Source of the DNA: Candidatus Omnitrophota bacterium
GTDB taxonomy: Bacteria; Omnitrophota; Gorgyraeia; Zapsychrales; Fredricksoniimonadaceae
Reading direction: 5' to 3'
Assembly: GCA_903861305.1 (NCBI GenBank)
Contig: CAIOTT010000007.1
Location: forward strand, 6,027 to 70,026
Length of the DNA: 64,000 nt
Of the stretch, positions 52,627-63,300 are shown in pieces. The notes below the pieces were generated by a model. That model was given only the letters and a program-made list of their open reading frames with translations, searched no databases and was not told where the DNA came from. The position numbers and the translations under genes are program-made. Position 1 is the stretch's first letter, and every line of letters starts with the position of its first letter.

Positions 52627-53524
52627 GGCGGACCGTGTCCTCGGCCGTCAAATGCACGAATTTGATCTCTTCAACGCCGCGCAGGACCTTCTCCGCTTCG
52701 ATCAGCCCGATGGGCTGGCCCGAGGGAAGGTCGCTCTGGGTGACATCACCCGTGATGATGGTTTTGGAATCGAACCCCAGGCGCGTCAGGAACATCTTCA
52801 TCTGTTCGGGTGTTGAATTCTGCGCCTCGTCCAGGATGACGAACGCCTCGTTGAACGTGCGCCCGCGCATGTACGCCAGAGGCGCGACCTCGATGATCCC
52901 CTGCTCCGCGTACTGCTCGACCTTGTCGGGCTCGAGCATTTCATAAAGCGCGTCATACAGCGGCCTGAGATACGGCATGACCTTCTGTTCCAGCTCACCC
53001 GGCAGGAAACCCAGGTTCTCGCCAGCCTCAACGGCCGGGCGGGTCAAAATGATACGGCGCACTAGGCCTTTCTTGAGCGCGTTGACCGCCATGGCCATGG
53101 CAAGGTAGGTCTTCCCCGTGCCCGCCGGGCCGATGCCGAAAACAATATCGAATTTCTTGATGGCTTCAACGTATTCGATCTGCCCCTTGGTCTTGGGCGT
53201 GATGAGGCCTCCCTTGACCGGCAGTTCGATCTTTTCCTTGGACAGGCGTTTGAGCCCGTCCTCTTTTTCCGCCTCCGCGACGCGGTTGGCGTACTGGATA
53301 TCGCGCTTCTTGACGCTGCGGCCGCTCTTGACAATGCCCAGCAGGTAGTTGAAAAGTTCCCCGACCTGGTTGACCTTGTCATCCGGCCCATCGACCCTCA
53401 AGCCTTCCTGGATGCGATAAATACGGACACCGAATTCCTTTTCAATGGTCTTCAGGTTCTCGTCGTATTTCCCGAAAAGATGCTGGATATCGCGATTGTC
53501 GTCGAACTTGAGGTTCAGGATCAT
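52577..53524 (-). CDS. phoH: PhoH family ATPase
   Basis: Walker A in GIGPAGTGKTYLAMAMAV. FVILDEAQN. A KH-like N-terminal segment. Confidence 0.9.
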   Translation of the reverse strand: MILNLKFDDNRDIQHLFGKYDENLKTIEKEFGVRIYRIQEGLRVDGPDDKVNQVGELFNYLLGIVKSGRSVKKRDIQYANRVAEAEKEDGLKRLSKEKIELPVKGGLITPKTKGQIEYVEAIKKFDIVFGIGPAGTGKTYLAMAMAVNALKKGLVRRIILTRPAVEAGENLGFLPGELEQKVMPYLRPLYDALYEMLEPDKVEQYAEQGIIEVAPLAYMRGRTFNEAFVILDEAQNSTPEQMKMFLTRLGFDSKTIITGDVTQSDLPSGQPIGLIEAEKVLRGVEEIKFVHLTAEDTVRHELVQKIIEAYDKYHK

Positions 53525-53542
53525 GGGCTGTTTATCTTTCTG

Positions 53543-54052
53543 TTATTTTGACGGTGTCGGGGATTTCTCATCCAGCGCGGGGATCTTCAACGTGACCCCA
53601 GGCTTCAGGAAATTGGGGTCCTTGATCACATCGCGGTTGGCATCGTAGATCTTCGTCCATTTGCTGTAAGAGCCATAGGATCTCTTGGCGATCTTCTGAA
53701 GCGTGTCATCTTTCTGGACAACATAACTCACTGGCTCGGCCGCCTGCGGCGCCGCTGTGGCAGCGGGCGAACCACCCTGCGGCGGCGTGAAGTTCTCCTG
53801 GGGAGCGGACGGGACAACCGCTGCTTCCGGCGCGGGCTCCTGACCCTGGGCCGTTTTCGGCGCAGCCTTATCCTTCTCCACAACTTCGAGAACAACCATC
53901 TTACGGGTCTTGACAGGGCCCTTGTTTTCCTCGCCGGGAACACCCTGGTCCACCCGCGGCCTGTCGACAACGTACGTGCGCGTGCTCACACAACCGGACA
54001 CAGCGACCAGCGCCGCGCATCCTAATGCCATGGTGAGTACATTCCTGATCAT
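53543..54052 (-). CDS. LysM domain lipoprotein
   Basis: The ATG at 54052 gives MIRNVLTMALGCAALVAVSGC, with a VSGC lipobox. A P/A/Q-rich linker follows, then a C-terminal LysM (YVVQKDDTLQKIAKRSYGSYSKWTKIYDANRDVIKDPNFLKPGVTLKIP). The track ORF extends to 54523 only as an Arg-rich out-of-frame overlap with aspS. Confidence 0.8.
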   Translation of the reverse strand: MIRNVLTMALGCAALVAVSGCVSTRTYVVDRPRVDQGVPGEENKGPVKTRKMVVLEVVEKDKAAPKTAQGQEPAPEAAVVPSAPQENFTPPQGGSPAATAAPQAAEPVSYVVQKDDTLQKIAKRSYGSYSKWTKIYDANRDVIKDPNFLKPGVTLKIPALDEKSPTPSK

Positions 54053-54062
54053 ATACCGCCTC

Positions 54063-55466
54063 CTATATTTTCTTCTTAACCACCGACACAAGTCCCAGGT
54101 CCTGCAGCTGCTTCGCGTCGATCGCTGAAGGCGCGTCCGCGAGCGGACAAGCCCCGCGCTGGGTCTTGGGGAACGCAATGGTATCACGGATCGAATCCAG
54201 CCCCGTGAGGATGGCCACGAGCCTGTCGAGCCCGTACGCGACACCCGCGTGCGGCGGCGCGCCGTACTCGAACGCGCGCAGCAAAAACCCGAAGCGCGCC
54301 TCGACCTCTTCGGCGCTGATGCCGATCGTGTCGAATATTTTTTTCTGGATATCCCGCCGGTGGATACGGATCGAACCGGAACCGATCTCGTTGCCGTTGA
54401 GGACAAGGTCATAGGCCCGCGAACGGATCTTCGAGAGGTCCTGCCCCTCCATGAGGGCCACATCATCGGGATGGACCGAGGTGAAGGGATGATGCTCGCT
54501 TTCCCAGCGTTTCTCCTCGGCATTCCACTTGAACAACGGGAACTCCGTCACCCACAGGAACGCGAACTCTTCCTTGTTGGTCTTGTCTTTACGGATATCC
54601 GGCTTGTCGCAACCGTACTGGGACATGGCCTGGGCATGCGTCATGCGCGGGAACGGTGTCGGCAGGTCAATGCCCTTGACCTCCTTGAGGATCGTCCGGA
54701 ACATGCGCTCCGTCACCGCGTAAACATCTTCCTCGTCGACAAACGACATTTCCATGTCGATCTGGGTGAACTCCGGCTGACGGTCCGCGCGCAGGTCCTC
54801 GTCCCTGAAACATTTGACGACCTGGTAATAACGGTCCATCCCCGAAACCATCAACAACTGCTTGAAAAGCTGCGGCGACTGGGGCAGGGCGTAGAACTGG
54901 CCCAGGTTCAAGCGCGAAGGCACCAGGAAATCCCGTGCGCCTTCGGGCGTGGATTTCGTCAGGACAGGGGTTTCCACTTCAATGAAATTTTCACTGTTGA
55001 GGAACGCCCTCACCGTGGCAGCGAGTTTATGGCGGGTCAGGAGTGTTTCGCGCATCTTGTCGCGGCGCAGGTCCAGATAACGGTAGGTCAGGCGCAGTTC
55101 TTCGGTGACATCACTGTCGCTGTCGATCTCGAACACCGGGACCTTGCTCTCATTGAGGATCTCAAGCTCCTTCGCCAGGAGTTCGACACCACCCGTCGCC
55201 ATATCCTTGTTCACGTTCTTGTCCGGACGCACGCTCACCGAACCTTTAATGCGGATCACGAACTCAGGCCCAAGTTTTTGGGCGGTCTCATGGGCCGGTT
55301 TGGCCACGGAGGGGACAAAAACGACCTGGGTGATGCCATAACGGTCGCGGATATCAATGAAAATGAGCTTGCCATGGTCGCGGCGGCGATGGACCCAGCC
55401 GGTCAAAACAACTTCCTGGTCTTTGTGGGCGGGACGGAGCTCGCCACACGTATGCGTGCGTAACAT
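54063..55466 (-). CDS. aspS: Aspartate--tRNA ligase, bacterial-type core but lacking the GAD insertion domain (467 aa)
   Basis: OB anticodon-binding N-terminus: MLRTHTCGELR...VVLTGWVHRRRDHGKLIFIDIRDRYG. Class II motifs: FRDEDLRADRQPEFTQID, GSGSIRIH, GLDRLV. Confidence 0.9.
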   Translation of the reverse strand: MLRTHTCGELRPAHKDQEVVLTGWVHRRRDHGKLIFIDIRDRYGITQVVFVPSVAKPAHETAQKLGPEFVIRIKGSVSVRPDKNVNKDMATGGVELLAKELEILNESKVPVFEIDSDSDVTEELRLTYRYLDLRRDKMRETLLTRHKLAATVRAFLNSENFIEVETPVLTKSTPEGARDFLVPSRLNLGQFYALPQSPQLFKQLLMVSGMDRYYQVVKCFRDEDLRADRQPEFTQIDMEMSFVDEEDVYAVTERMFRTILKEVKGIDLPTPFPRMTHAQAMSQYGCDKPDIRKDKTNKEEFAFLWVTEFPLFKWNAEEKRWESEHHPFTSVHPDDVALMEGQDLSKIRSRAYDLVLNGNEIGSGSIRIHRRDIQKKIFDTIGISAEEVEARFGFLLRAFEYGAPPHAGVAYGLDRLVAILTGLDSIRDTIAFPKTQRGACPLADAPSAIDAKQLQDLGLVSVVKKKI

Positions 55467-55479
55467 ATTGATGACCTTT

Positions 55480-56793
55480 CTATGCCCGGACGATCCGGAG
55501 CTTTAATTCTTCCACGAGCCGGTCTTTGCTGACACGCGCCTGCGCGCCAGTGGCCATGTCCTTGATCGTGACCTCACCGCTCTTCATTTCTTCTTCACCC
55601 AGGACCAGGACGAACGCGGCCCCGAGCTTGTTCGCCTGCTCGAACTGTTTCTTGACAGGCCGTCCGGCGCCAAAATCCATATCCGCGGCGATCCCCTGCC
55701 GCCGCAAAAGGTCGACGCAGGCGAGCACATCAGCCGCGAATTCCGGTTTCCCGGCGATAACAAAAGCGTCCAGCGACGACTTAACAACGACCTGCTTTCC
55801 CTGCGCTTCCAAAGCGAGAAGGATCCGTTCGATCCCGAGCGCGAAGCCAATGGCGCCGACCGGTTCAGGGAACCGCCGGTCTCCCCCGTCAAGCTGTTCG
55901 ATGAGGCCATTATAGCGCCCGCCGGCCCCGAGCGCATCCTGCGCGCCAAGCCCGGCGTACGAGACCTCAAAAACGGTATGCGTATAATAATCCAAACCCC
56001 GCACCAGCTGGGGCGACACTTCATAAACAACACCCAGTTGATCCAGGCTTTGCTTCACCTGCTCGAAATACGCGCACCCGCTGTCCGACAGATGCCGCGT
56101 CCCGATATCCAAGCCCTGGATCACATCACGGCAGGCCTGGTCCTTGGAATCCAGCAGGCGAAAAACATTGCGCTCATACTGCCCCTTGCATTCATCGCTC
56201 AAATGGGCGATCTTGCCGTCAAGGGCCGAGCGCAGCCACGCCGCAAAATTCTTTTTGTCCTCGGCACTCCCCAGGCTGTTGATCCTGAGCTTGAAGTCAC
56301 TGACACCGAATGATTTGAGCAAATGGATGCATAGCGCGATCATCTCCGCGTCCAGCAAAGGATGGTTCGCGCCGCGGCCAATGGCTTCCGCCCCGATCTG
56401 ATGGAATTGGCGCAACCGGCCCTTTTGGGGCCGCTCGCCCCGGAACATCGGGGCAATATAAAAAAGCTTGGAAAGGAACACTTCACGGCCGATATCGTAC
56501 TGGTTGTACGCCCGGACCACCGGCGCCGTACCCTCAGGGCGCAGCGCGAACTGCGCGTCTTCAGCCGCATTGGTGACGCGCTGACTTTTAACCTCAAGGA
56601 GCTGTTTATTGACAACTTCCGTTGTCTCACCCAAAGAACGCTTGAACAAACCTGTTTCTTCAAAAACAGGGGTGCGTATCTCACTATAATTATACAATTT
56701 AAAGAGCGTCCGGGAAGTTTGTTCGATATTTTGCCATGCGGCGATCTGCTCAGGAAGGATATCGCTGGTGCCGCGGGGAGCTGATATTTTCAC
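55480..56793 (-). CDS. hisS: Histidine--tRNA ligase
   Basis: PRGTSDILP..., YIAPMFRGERPQKGRLRQFHQIG, GGGRYNGL, plus a C-terminal anticodon-binding domain. Confidence 0.95.
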   Translation of the reverse strand: MKISAPRGTSDILPEQIAAWQNIEQTSRTLFKLYNYSEIRTPVFEETGLFKRSLGETTEVVNKQLLEVKSQRVTNAAEDAQFALRPEGTAPVVRAYNQYDIGREVFLSKLFYIAPMFRGERPQKGRLRQFHQIGAEAIGRGANHPLLDAEMIALCIHLLKSFGVSDFKLRINSLGSAEDKKNFAAWLRSALDGKIAHLSDECKGQYERNVFRLLDSKDQACRDVIQGLDIGTRHLSDSGCAYFEQVKQSLDQLGVVYEVSPQLVRGLDYYTHTVFEVSYAGLGAQDALGAGGRYNGLIEQLDGGDRRFPEPVGAIGFALGIERILLALEAQGKQVVVKSSLDAFVIAGKPEFAADVLACVDLLRRQGIAADMDFGAGRPVKKQFEQANKLGAAFVLVLGEEEMKSGEVTIKDMATGAQARVSKDRLVEELKLRIVRA

Positions 56794-56794
56794 G

Positions 56795-57067
56795 TTATTT
56801 GATCTTCTGTTTCATCTCTAGACCGGGTTTGAACACGACCACACGCCGGGGCGGGACCGGAACACTGGCGCCGGTACGGGGATTACGGCCAAAACGCGCG
56901 CGGCGTTCCTTGATCTTGAAAACCCCGAAATTCCGTAACTCTACCTTTTCGTTACGGTTGAGGCTCTCCACGATCACATCAAACGTTTTCTGAACGATCT
57001 TTTTCACGTCGACCTGCTTGATGCCGGTCATATCCGTGATCTTGAGAACTATATCCTTTTTCGTCAT
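56795..57067 (-). CDS. HU/IHF family DNA-binding protein
   Basis: MTKKDIVLKITDMTGIKQVDVKKIV...FGVFKIKERRARFGRNPRTGASVPVPPRRVVVFKPG. A GAGGAGG RBS precedes the ATG at 57067. Confidence 0.85.
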   Translation of the reverse strand: MTKKDIVLKITDMTGIKQVDVKKIVQKTFDVIVESLNRNEKVELRNFGVFKIKERRARFGRNPRTGASVPVPPRRVVVFKPGLEMKQKIK

Positions 57068-57096
57068 AAGGCAAAACCTCCTCAAATTTTGTAACC

Positions 57097-57125
57097 ATCG
57101 TACCAACAAGGCTTTAGAAAGTCAA
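57097..57125 (-). promoter_or_regulatory. Candidate sigma-70-type promoter for the HU/IHF gene
   Basis: The minus strand reads TTGACT - 17 nt - TACGAT, about 30 nt upstream of the GAGGAGG RBS. Coordinates are +/-2. This is a pattern match only. Confidence 0.4.
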
Positions 57126-57203
57126 CTATTATAAAACAACCATGTTGCCGCTGAAGATCAAGGCTTATCCCGAAGCAACATAAAGCCTTTAACAAGGCCT
57201 GGC

Positions 57204-60200
57204 TCAACTCTCCTTGCCAACCCGGACATTGCCTTGAAGTTCAGTGAAAATAGCCATGGCATGTGCGGGCGTGATCTCCAGGATGGTCGGCAATAACCCG
57301 TCGATATTCATCATGGCCGGATCCTGCATGGACAAAGGCAACGGCATCCCGGCCCCATCACGACGGATCTGCATCTCCACCAGATCCGCGTCAAGATCAA
57401 TACCACCCTTGAGGGCAGTTGCCGCCTTATCAGGTGTGCCAGCCGAGGAAACAGGAACATACGCCTTGAATCTGGTCGTATTCACGCTCTTCCAATCGTG
57501 CCGCAAACCTTGTTTATACCCGATCTTCTCGTCAACTTTCTGGATCATGACCGGCAAAGGGCCATTGGAAAAAACTTTTAATGCCTGCACCACGCGACGG
57601 CCTATGACCGGCTGCTCCAGCATGTTCAAATTCCCGAGAAGCGGGTTATGCCCTAACCCGTTGTATGATTGGAACAAGCGCGCCAGCGACTCACCGTTGT
57701 TAACGCCCTGCACCTTCGACAATCTTGAAAAAATATGTAATTGCTTCTCCATATACAAAACGCCATTGACAACAACGAACGCCCTTCGCATGTCTTCGCC
57801 GCTCCTGGCGTATTTTTGCAAAACATGTTGGGCCAGTCTGGTGTCTTCAGGCCTTATCGTACCCTGGTCGTGGATCTGATATATATCCCCATCTTTGCCG
57901 AACATATCCAATTGTGTTTCCGTATAACCCAATGCCAGCGCGACCAGCGGATCGATCTCGATCTTCAATTCCTGGCTTACCCGACGGATCCAATACACCG
58001 TGTCTTCCAGCATCCTGGCATCCAGCAACCGCTGGACCATGTCCGGACGGCTGAACGTGCCTTCCACGCCATAAAGCGTGCCCTTGACCGCATACCTCGT
58101 GGTTGTCACAGGCCCGTTCCAATTGGGAAACGCGTAATGATCCTCCTTCTTTTCCGCATTCCAGCTGTAATAGGGCGCATTCACCACAACCAGGGACTCC
58201 ACGCTTGAACTATGAACAATATGATCTTCCAGCAAACTTTCATTGATGGCAAATTTATGTTTCTTGAGGACATTGTAAATATAACGCCGTCCGTTCGTAT
58301 TCCCCGCCGGATTGAACAATTCTGCCGCCAGGACGTGATAGCTTTGATCACGTTCCTGAGAAAACGGGACATCCAGCCTTTTGACCAGCCCTTCCAGTAT
58401 CCCCAGGCGGACAGCCAAAGGCGCCGTTTGCAATGCCTTGAATTCGTTGCTGAATTTCTCACGGGAAACCTGCGCGGCCAGTGAATTGAACAATTCAGCC
58501 CGTTTCTCACCCTTGCCCTGGTTCACCTGCGCCAAAGACGCCGTATGCACCTTCAACGGAACACCAGTGCCATATTGAACCGACGGTTCCCTGGATAACG
58601 TCATCTCTTCCATGCGAAGGTCGTCCTTCAGATTGATCGGCACAGATCCCGCGTTCAGACCTGTAACGATAACGAGCTGCGCCCCTTTTGTTAGGTCCAG
58701 ATCAGGCTGATTCTTTAGTATGGACCTTAGGTCAATGACAGTACGGCCATCACTCCCGGCGTGGAAAACATCACTGAGACCATAATGCGCATTATCCGTC
58801 CCGCGCATATCCTTCCTTTTCTGATCAATGACCTGAACAACGAAGTTCCCTTCTCCCCGCGATTGCAGGTGCAGGGCCTTGAACCGGGTAAGATCACGTG
58901 CCCCTTCAGGAAGATCGACCACAAAAACCCGCCATGCCGGATGATCCGCGTTGGACCCAAGCTGGTCGGAATATTCATGGATCTGACCGCCTGAGAAATT
59001 CACCGTCCCCTGCACTGATCCGGATACGGCCGATCGCGGTTGCAACTGCCCCGCGGCGATCGCTTCGGAGGACGGTGCCATCATCATGACGCCCGCCGCC
59101 AGCATAAGGCCGCCCGCGATGCTCTTATACCCACCTAATACATTTTTCAAAGAACGGCCCTGCTCACGCACAACCTCAAGCACGACCGTGGCCCTGTCGA
59201 TCAAGCCCCGGGCATGCACAACAAACGCCTGCTGCGCCGCGGTAAGCCGCCCGGCCAGGTCAACCACACTGACCTGCGCCAGATCATATGAGACCGTCCC
59301 GCCGGAGAAATACTTCCTGGGAATGATCTCCTGGGTCTGCGGGTCAACATCCTCCTTGATGAAATTAAACACGCCGACCTTGTAGGCCTGAAGATATTTC
59401 TGATAGATCCGCTCATCTTCCGAAAGGTCCTCCAGCTTAACACCAGCCACTTTCCCCTTGTCCGCGTAAACCTGGCCCAGCAGGCTCTCTTTGAGGCTCT
59501 TTTTGAACCATGTGGCCATGAGCATGGCGCTGTAAACCTGCCTCAGCGGCGCAAAATTCTCGCCTTCATTCACTTCTTTCTCAAGAAGAGGGATCACAAC
59601 CTCACGGACCACCTGTTTGACATCGTCCACCGCCACAGCATGCCGGGCCCCTTCAATGTTGTCCGACCCCGGGCGACGGGACTGCTGCGCGGCAAGATAA
59701 TCCGTCTCCATCATGACCTTCAAATGGTTCTCAACGATCAGCGCCGTATCATATTTTTGGTAGATCGTGGCCGTGGCAGGCACGATCCAGACCTTGTTGA
59801 ACATGTCCAGCGGGATATCCGTCGTGCCGTATTTCTCATAGACAGCCGCGTAGACTTTTTTCCAGAACGCCTTGCCCGCAGTTTGTTCAGGGTGGATCAA
59901 AGACGCCGTGATCTGCTTGAGCAAATAATCCTGCGCCAGGAGGTCGCGCCCCATTTCGGTCAGGCTGAAATTATCAGGGATGATACGGTCATGCTCAAAG
60001 GGTGAAAGGTTCACCCACATGTCCTTGTTGGGCAGGGCCAATGACGCAAGGAAATACTTCACAAGCTTGCGGTATTCATCGCGCTTGACATCATCGGACA
60101 ACGGCGCCTCGCCGCGCATGAACAGGAAATTAAAACGGAAGGGATCTTTGGCATCCAGCTGGATACCAGCCATCAAGGCCGGGTCATGCCTGCCGCTCAA

Positions 60201-60338
60201 CGGGACCATGTCACCAGGCACAGGCATGGCCACGACCGTCTGGGCCCATCCGGCGGATACGCTCGTGGTCATAAATACCACAAGCATGACAAGACTTATG
60301 GCCTTGCTGAACATGCCTCTTATACCCATCTTCACCAC
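57204..60338 (-). CDS. Modular envelope protein, family copy P3 (about 1040 aa): signal peptide, conserved N-domain, hydrophobic segment, variable core, shared C-terminal tag
   Basis: The N-domain has NLSPFEHDRIIPDNFSLTEMGRDLLAQDYLLKQITASLIHP, GTTDIPLDMFNKVWIVP, LEKEVNEGENFAPLRQ and IPRKYFSGG. The hydrophobic segment is YKSIAGGLMLAAGVMMMAPSSEA. C-tag: GGIDLDADLVEMQIRRDGAGMPLPLSMQDPAMMNIDGLLPTILEITPAHAMAIF. The track start is a GTG at 60338. An ATG at 60329 has better spacing from GGAAAGGA. Confidence 0.8.
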   Translation of the reverse strand: MVKMGIRGMFSKAISLVMLVVFMTTSVSAGWAQTVVAMPVPGDMVPLSGRHDPALMAGIQLDAKDPFRFNFLFMRGEAPLSDDVKRDEYRKLVKYFLASLALPNKDMWVNLSPFEHDRIIPDNFSLTEMGRDLLAQDYLLKQITASLIHPEQTAGKAFWKKVYAAVYEKYGTTDIPLDMFNKVWIVPATATIYQKYDTALIVENHLKVMMETDYLAAQQSRRPGSDNIEGARHAVAVDDVKQVVREVVIPLLEKEVNEGENFAPLRQVYSAMLMATWFKKSLKESLLGQVYADKGKVAGVKLEDLSEDERIYQKYLQAYKVGVFNFIKEDVDPQTQEIIPRKYFSGGTVSYDLAQVSVVDLAGRLTAAQQAFVVHARGLIDRATVVLEVVREQGRSLKNVLGGYKSIAGGLMLAAGVMMMAPSSEAIAAGQLQPRSAVSGSVQGTVNFSGGQIHEYSDQLGSNADHPAWRVFVVDLPEGARDLTRFKALHLQSRGEGNFVVQVIDQKRKDMRGTDNAHYGLSDVFHAGSDGRTVIDLRSILKNQPDLDLTKGAQLVIVTGLNAGSVPINLKDDLRMEEMTLSREPSVQYGTGVPLKVHTASLAQVNQGKGEKRAELFNSLAAQVSREKFSNEFKALQTAPLAVRLGILEGLVKRLDVPFSQERDQSYHVLAAELFNPAGNTNGRRYIYNVLKKHKFAINESLLEDHIVHSSSVESLVVVNAPYYSWNAEKKEDHYAFPNWNGPVTTTRYAVKGTLYGVEGTFSRPDMVQRLLDARMLEDTVYWIRRVSQELKIEIDPLVALALGYTETQLDMFGKDGDIYQIHDQGTIRPEDTRLAQHVLQKYARSGEDMRRAFVVVNGVLYMEKQLHIFSRLSKVQGVNNGESLARLFQSYNGLGHNPLLGNLNMLEQPVIGRRVVQALKVFSNGPLPVMIQKVDEKIGYKQGLRHDWKSVNTTRFKAYVPVSSAGTPDKAATALKGGIDLDADLVEMQIRRDGAGMPLPLSMQDPAMMNIDGLLPTILEITPAHAMAIFTELQGNVRVGKES

Positions 60339-60351
60339 ATCCTTTCCAGGC

Positions 60352-63300
60352 TCAATCCGACCAACTGATCAAGGCCATGGGATCACTGACAGGGACAATA
60401 TTAAAGATCACCGGCGTTAGCCCGTCGACCTGAAGCCCTTCCATACCGGAAATATCGCTATTCATATCTGATCCCTTGCCGCTTGTCTTTAACTGCAAAT
60501 TCTGCGGATTAAAGTCAACACCACCCAGATCCTTAATGCCTGGTTTTTTTATCGCCGCCTGGCCATTATCAGCGGCTATCATTTCATTTTGCGGTGAAGC
60601 CACGGCAACATAGGGATCTTCCGCCTCACTTCCGTAATTCTTGATAAAAAACCGGACAGCATCAAAAAACCCCATCAACCTCGCCGTGACGGTAACGGTC
60701 GAATATAAAAGAGCGTTATACAGCGACCATTTCAACGCCTTCCACACCGCACCGTTATTTCGGGCATTGCGGTCAGAAATAGAATACATGCATGAAATGG
60801 CTGTGAAGATAGCCATTTCCACAGGCAACCCTATCAGCATGGCCATGAAAGGATCTCGCGCTAACGGGAATACCCCAAGCCCCGCCATTAACGCGATGCG
60901 CATCCCGGTGTTCAGCACGGTCACAATTCCCAGACGGCTCAATTCCTTGATCTCCTTCACATAAAAACCTTTCTCATTCACAACCACCTTGGTTGTTCCC
61001 CTCGCCCATCTTCTTCTTTGTTTGAAGTAATCCCCGTACGTATCCACATCCATATTGACTATATTAAGATCATTAAAATAGGCGACTTTATGTCCCTGCT
61101 TCATCAATTTGACCGTGATCAACAGATCCCCGGTCTCAAAATCCGGCACCATATCCTGCAATACGGCCAACAACCGATCCGAGCGAAAGATCCCGCCCCG
61201 TCCGTTAATGACCCACATCTGATTCACTTTCCCTAATAAACGATTAACGAACCGCATCGAAACGAAATCCGAGTACTGGGCTTTTTGCAGGAAACTTGGC
61301 TTTTCCGGGAGATAAATATCATACTGGAACGCCAGGCCGGAAATATCCTGATCGTCCATGTAAGCCGCGGCCTGATTGATCAAGCCATCCAGCTTCTTGT
61401 CTTTATGCGAAGGCATCATGATGGAATCCGCGTCCAGCAAGATCGTCTTTTCCGTCAGCCGGCCCTGTCTTTTGAACATTTCAAGGACGTCGCGGATAGC
61501 GCCTTCCTTTTTCTTGTTCTGCGTTAAATGCACCACTTCGATCCCTTCTTTCGCTTTCCAGGCATCCAGTATGGCTTTGGTCCCGTCAGTAGAGGCATCA
61601 TTGACAAAAGTGACTTTGTGCAAATAACCTTCCTTCTTGATCTGCTGCAAGATGAACTCCAATTTGACGGCCTCATTGAACACGGGGATAACAATGTTGT
61701 AATCCGCCGGCTTTGCGTCAGGATAATAGGGAATATGCAACTGCGCGTTATCCCTGGCAAGATAATGAAGGTCCGAGATCTCCGCTTCTTCAGGCGACTG
61801 TCCCTCGGCCTTATCTGCCCCATGCTTTATGACAAGTTTCAACAGTTCTTCCCGAACAGGATCAGCCACTTGAGAACCCACCTCCTCATTCAATGCGCGA
61901 AGCTCACCGGCAGGAACAAGAAGCTGGAAGGGGATCTGCAATGCTTCTTTGGGTATGTTGGGATCCACGGGCTCCTCCACTACCTCCACCCTTGTGATAT
62001 TCTTCAGGCTGAATCCCGGATCTTCGCTTTGCATCGCATTGGCCGCCGCGCTGATCGTGGCGATCATGGCAACAGGATCGACCGTTCGGCGCGTCCCGCC
62101 GTCCATATAAGCCACAGGATATACAAACGGCATCTCTCGCCCGTCAAGGCGGACCTTAACACGGCCCCTTTCTTCAGAGAGCTTTGCAAACAGCTCCACA
62201 TCTTCCATGCCGACGGCCACCGGTGTTTCAACGGCCTCTTGAGCGGCAGCATTATCAAAATTCCCGCCGCCCAGGACCAACGGGTCAAATTTGGCAAACG
62301 CAAAAGCATAGTAAACACTGGCGACAGAGGCATACCCGCCCGGCGTATTCCAGCCCAGGTCTGTCGGGACATTCGCCGCCACCTCGCCATTCGTATGAAC
62401 AGCATACGGCGCGACCAAAGCCCCGTCCCTTACCGTGAAATACGCGCCCAGGCTGGCAACAAGGCCTTCATATTTCTTTTGATACGCATCCTCATTCGAT
62501 TTATAAAACCTTTTTAACGTCAGATCCTTTGCCGCTGCCTCTTGATGCCTGTACTCCTGGGCGAGGTGCAAATACCGCAAGGCGAACTGCGAGGACCATT
62601 CAATGTGAACGATCTTCGCATTGCGCCCATAAGGGAATGTCACGCCCTTGAACGCCGTGCCCTCGTAAACGCCGCGCTCCCGTTCGGTAACACTGATCAT
62701 TGTTTCATACGTCCGCAGCCGTTCGAGCCTGTCTTTTCCGAAGCGGGGATCCGCCAACATGCGCTCCAGGGGCGCCCAACTGATAATATCGGGTGCAAAA
62801 TACTCCGGTGCGTCTTTACGCCATTGGCCCTGCTGATAACTTTCCCCCCTGGCAAACGTATGTGTTTGCGGATCGTACATTTTCGTTATCAAGTAATTAT
62901 AGATATCGTCCGCGGCTTTCTTGTACTGGGCCTTGCGCGTTGCCGCAAAAAGCATGTCAAAGAAGTAAAGCGCGGATTCATTGGCTTCCGTTGACTTGGC
63001 ATTCCATTGCCGGTCGAGATCGCTCCCTTCAATAAATTGCCCGCGGGGGCCGTAGCGCAGGCCGCCGTCGACAGCTTGAAGTTTCATTAAGAAATCAGCC
63101 CTTTCCAGGGCAAATCTCAGGAGATCAGGGTCACTTGTCCTGGCGTAATTCTGCAAGGCCGCCATGCCGATCCAGGCATTATCCCCCGCGGAAACCTTGA
63201 ATTCCCACCGGTCCCACCAGTTCGGCTCATTGAATTGGGTAATGCGAATATTATTGAAGATACCGCCTGCCGGGGCATAATTCACGTTGATCGTATGCGG

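Noticed and set aside
54053-54523. The Arg-rich N-terminal 157 aa of track ORF 53543..54523
   Set aside because: This part overlaps the 3' end of aspS out of frame and has an implausible composition (RRSVRG..., RRKYRRRY). The internal ATG at 54052 gives a proper lipoprotein signal directly after the aspS stop.
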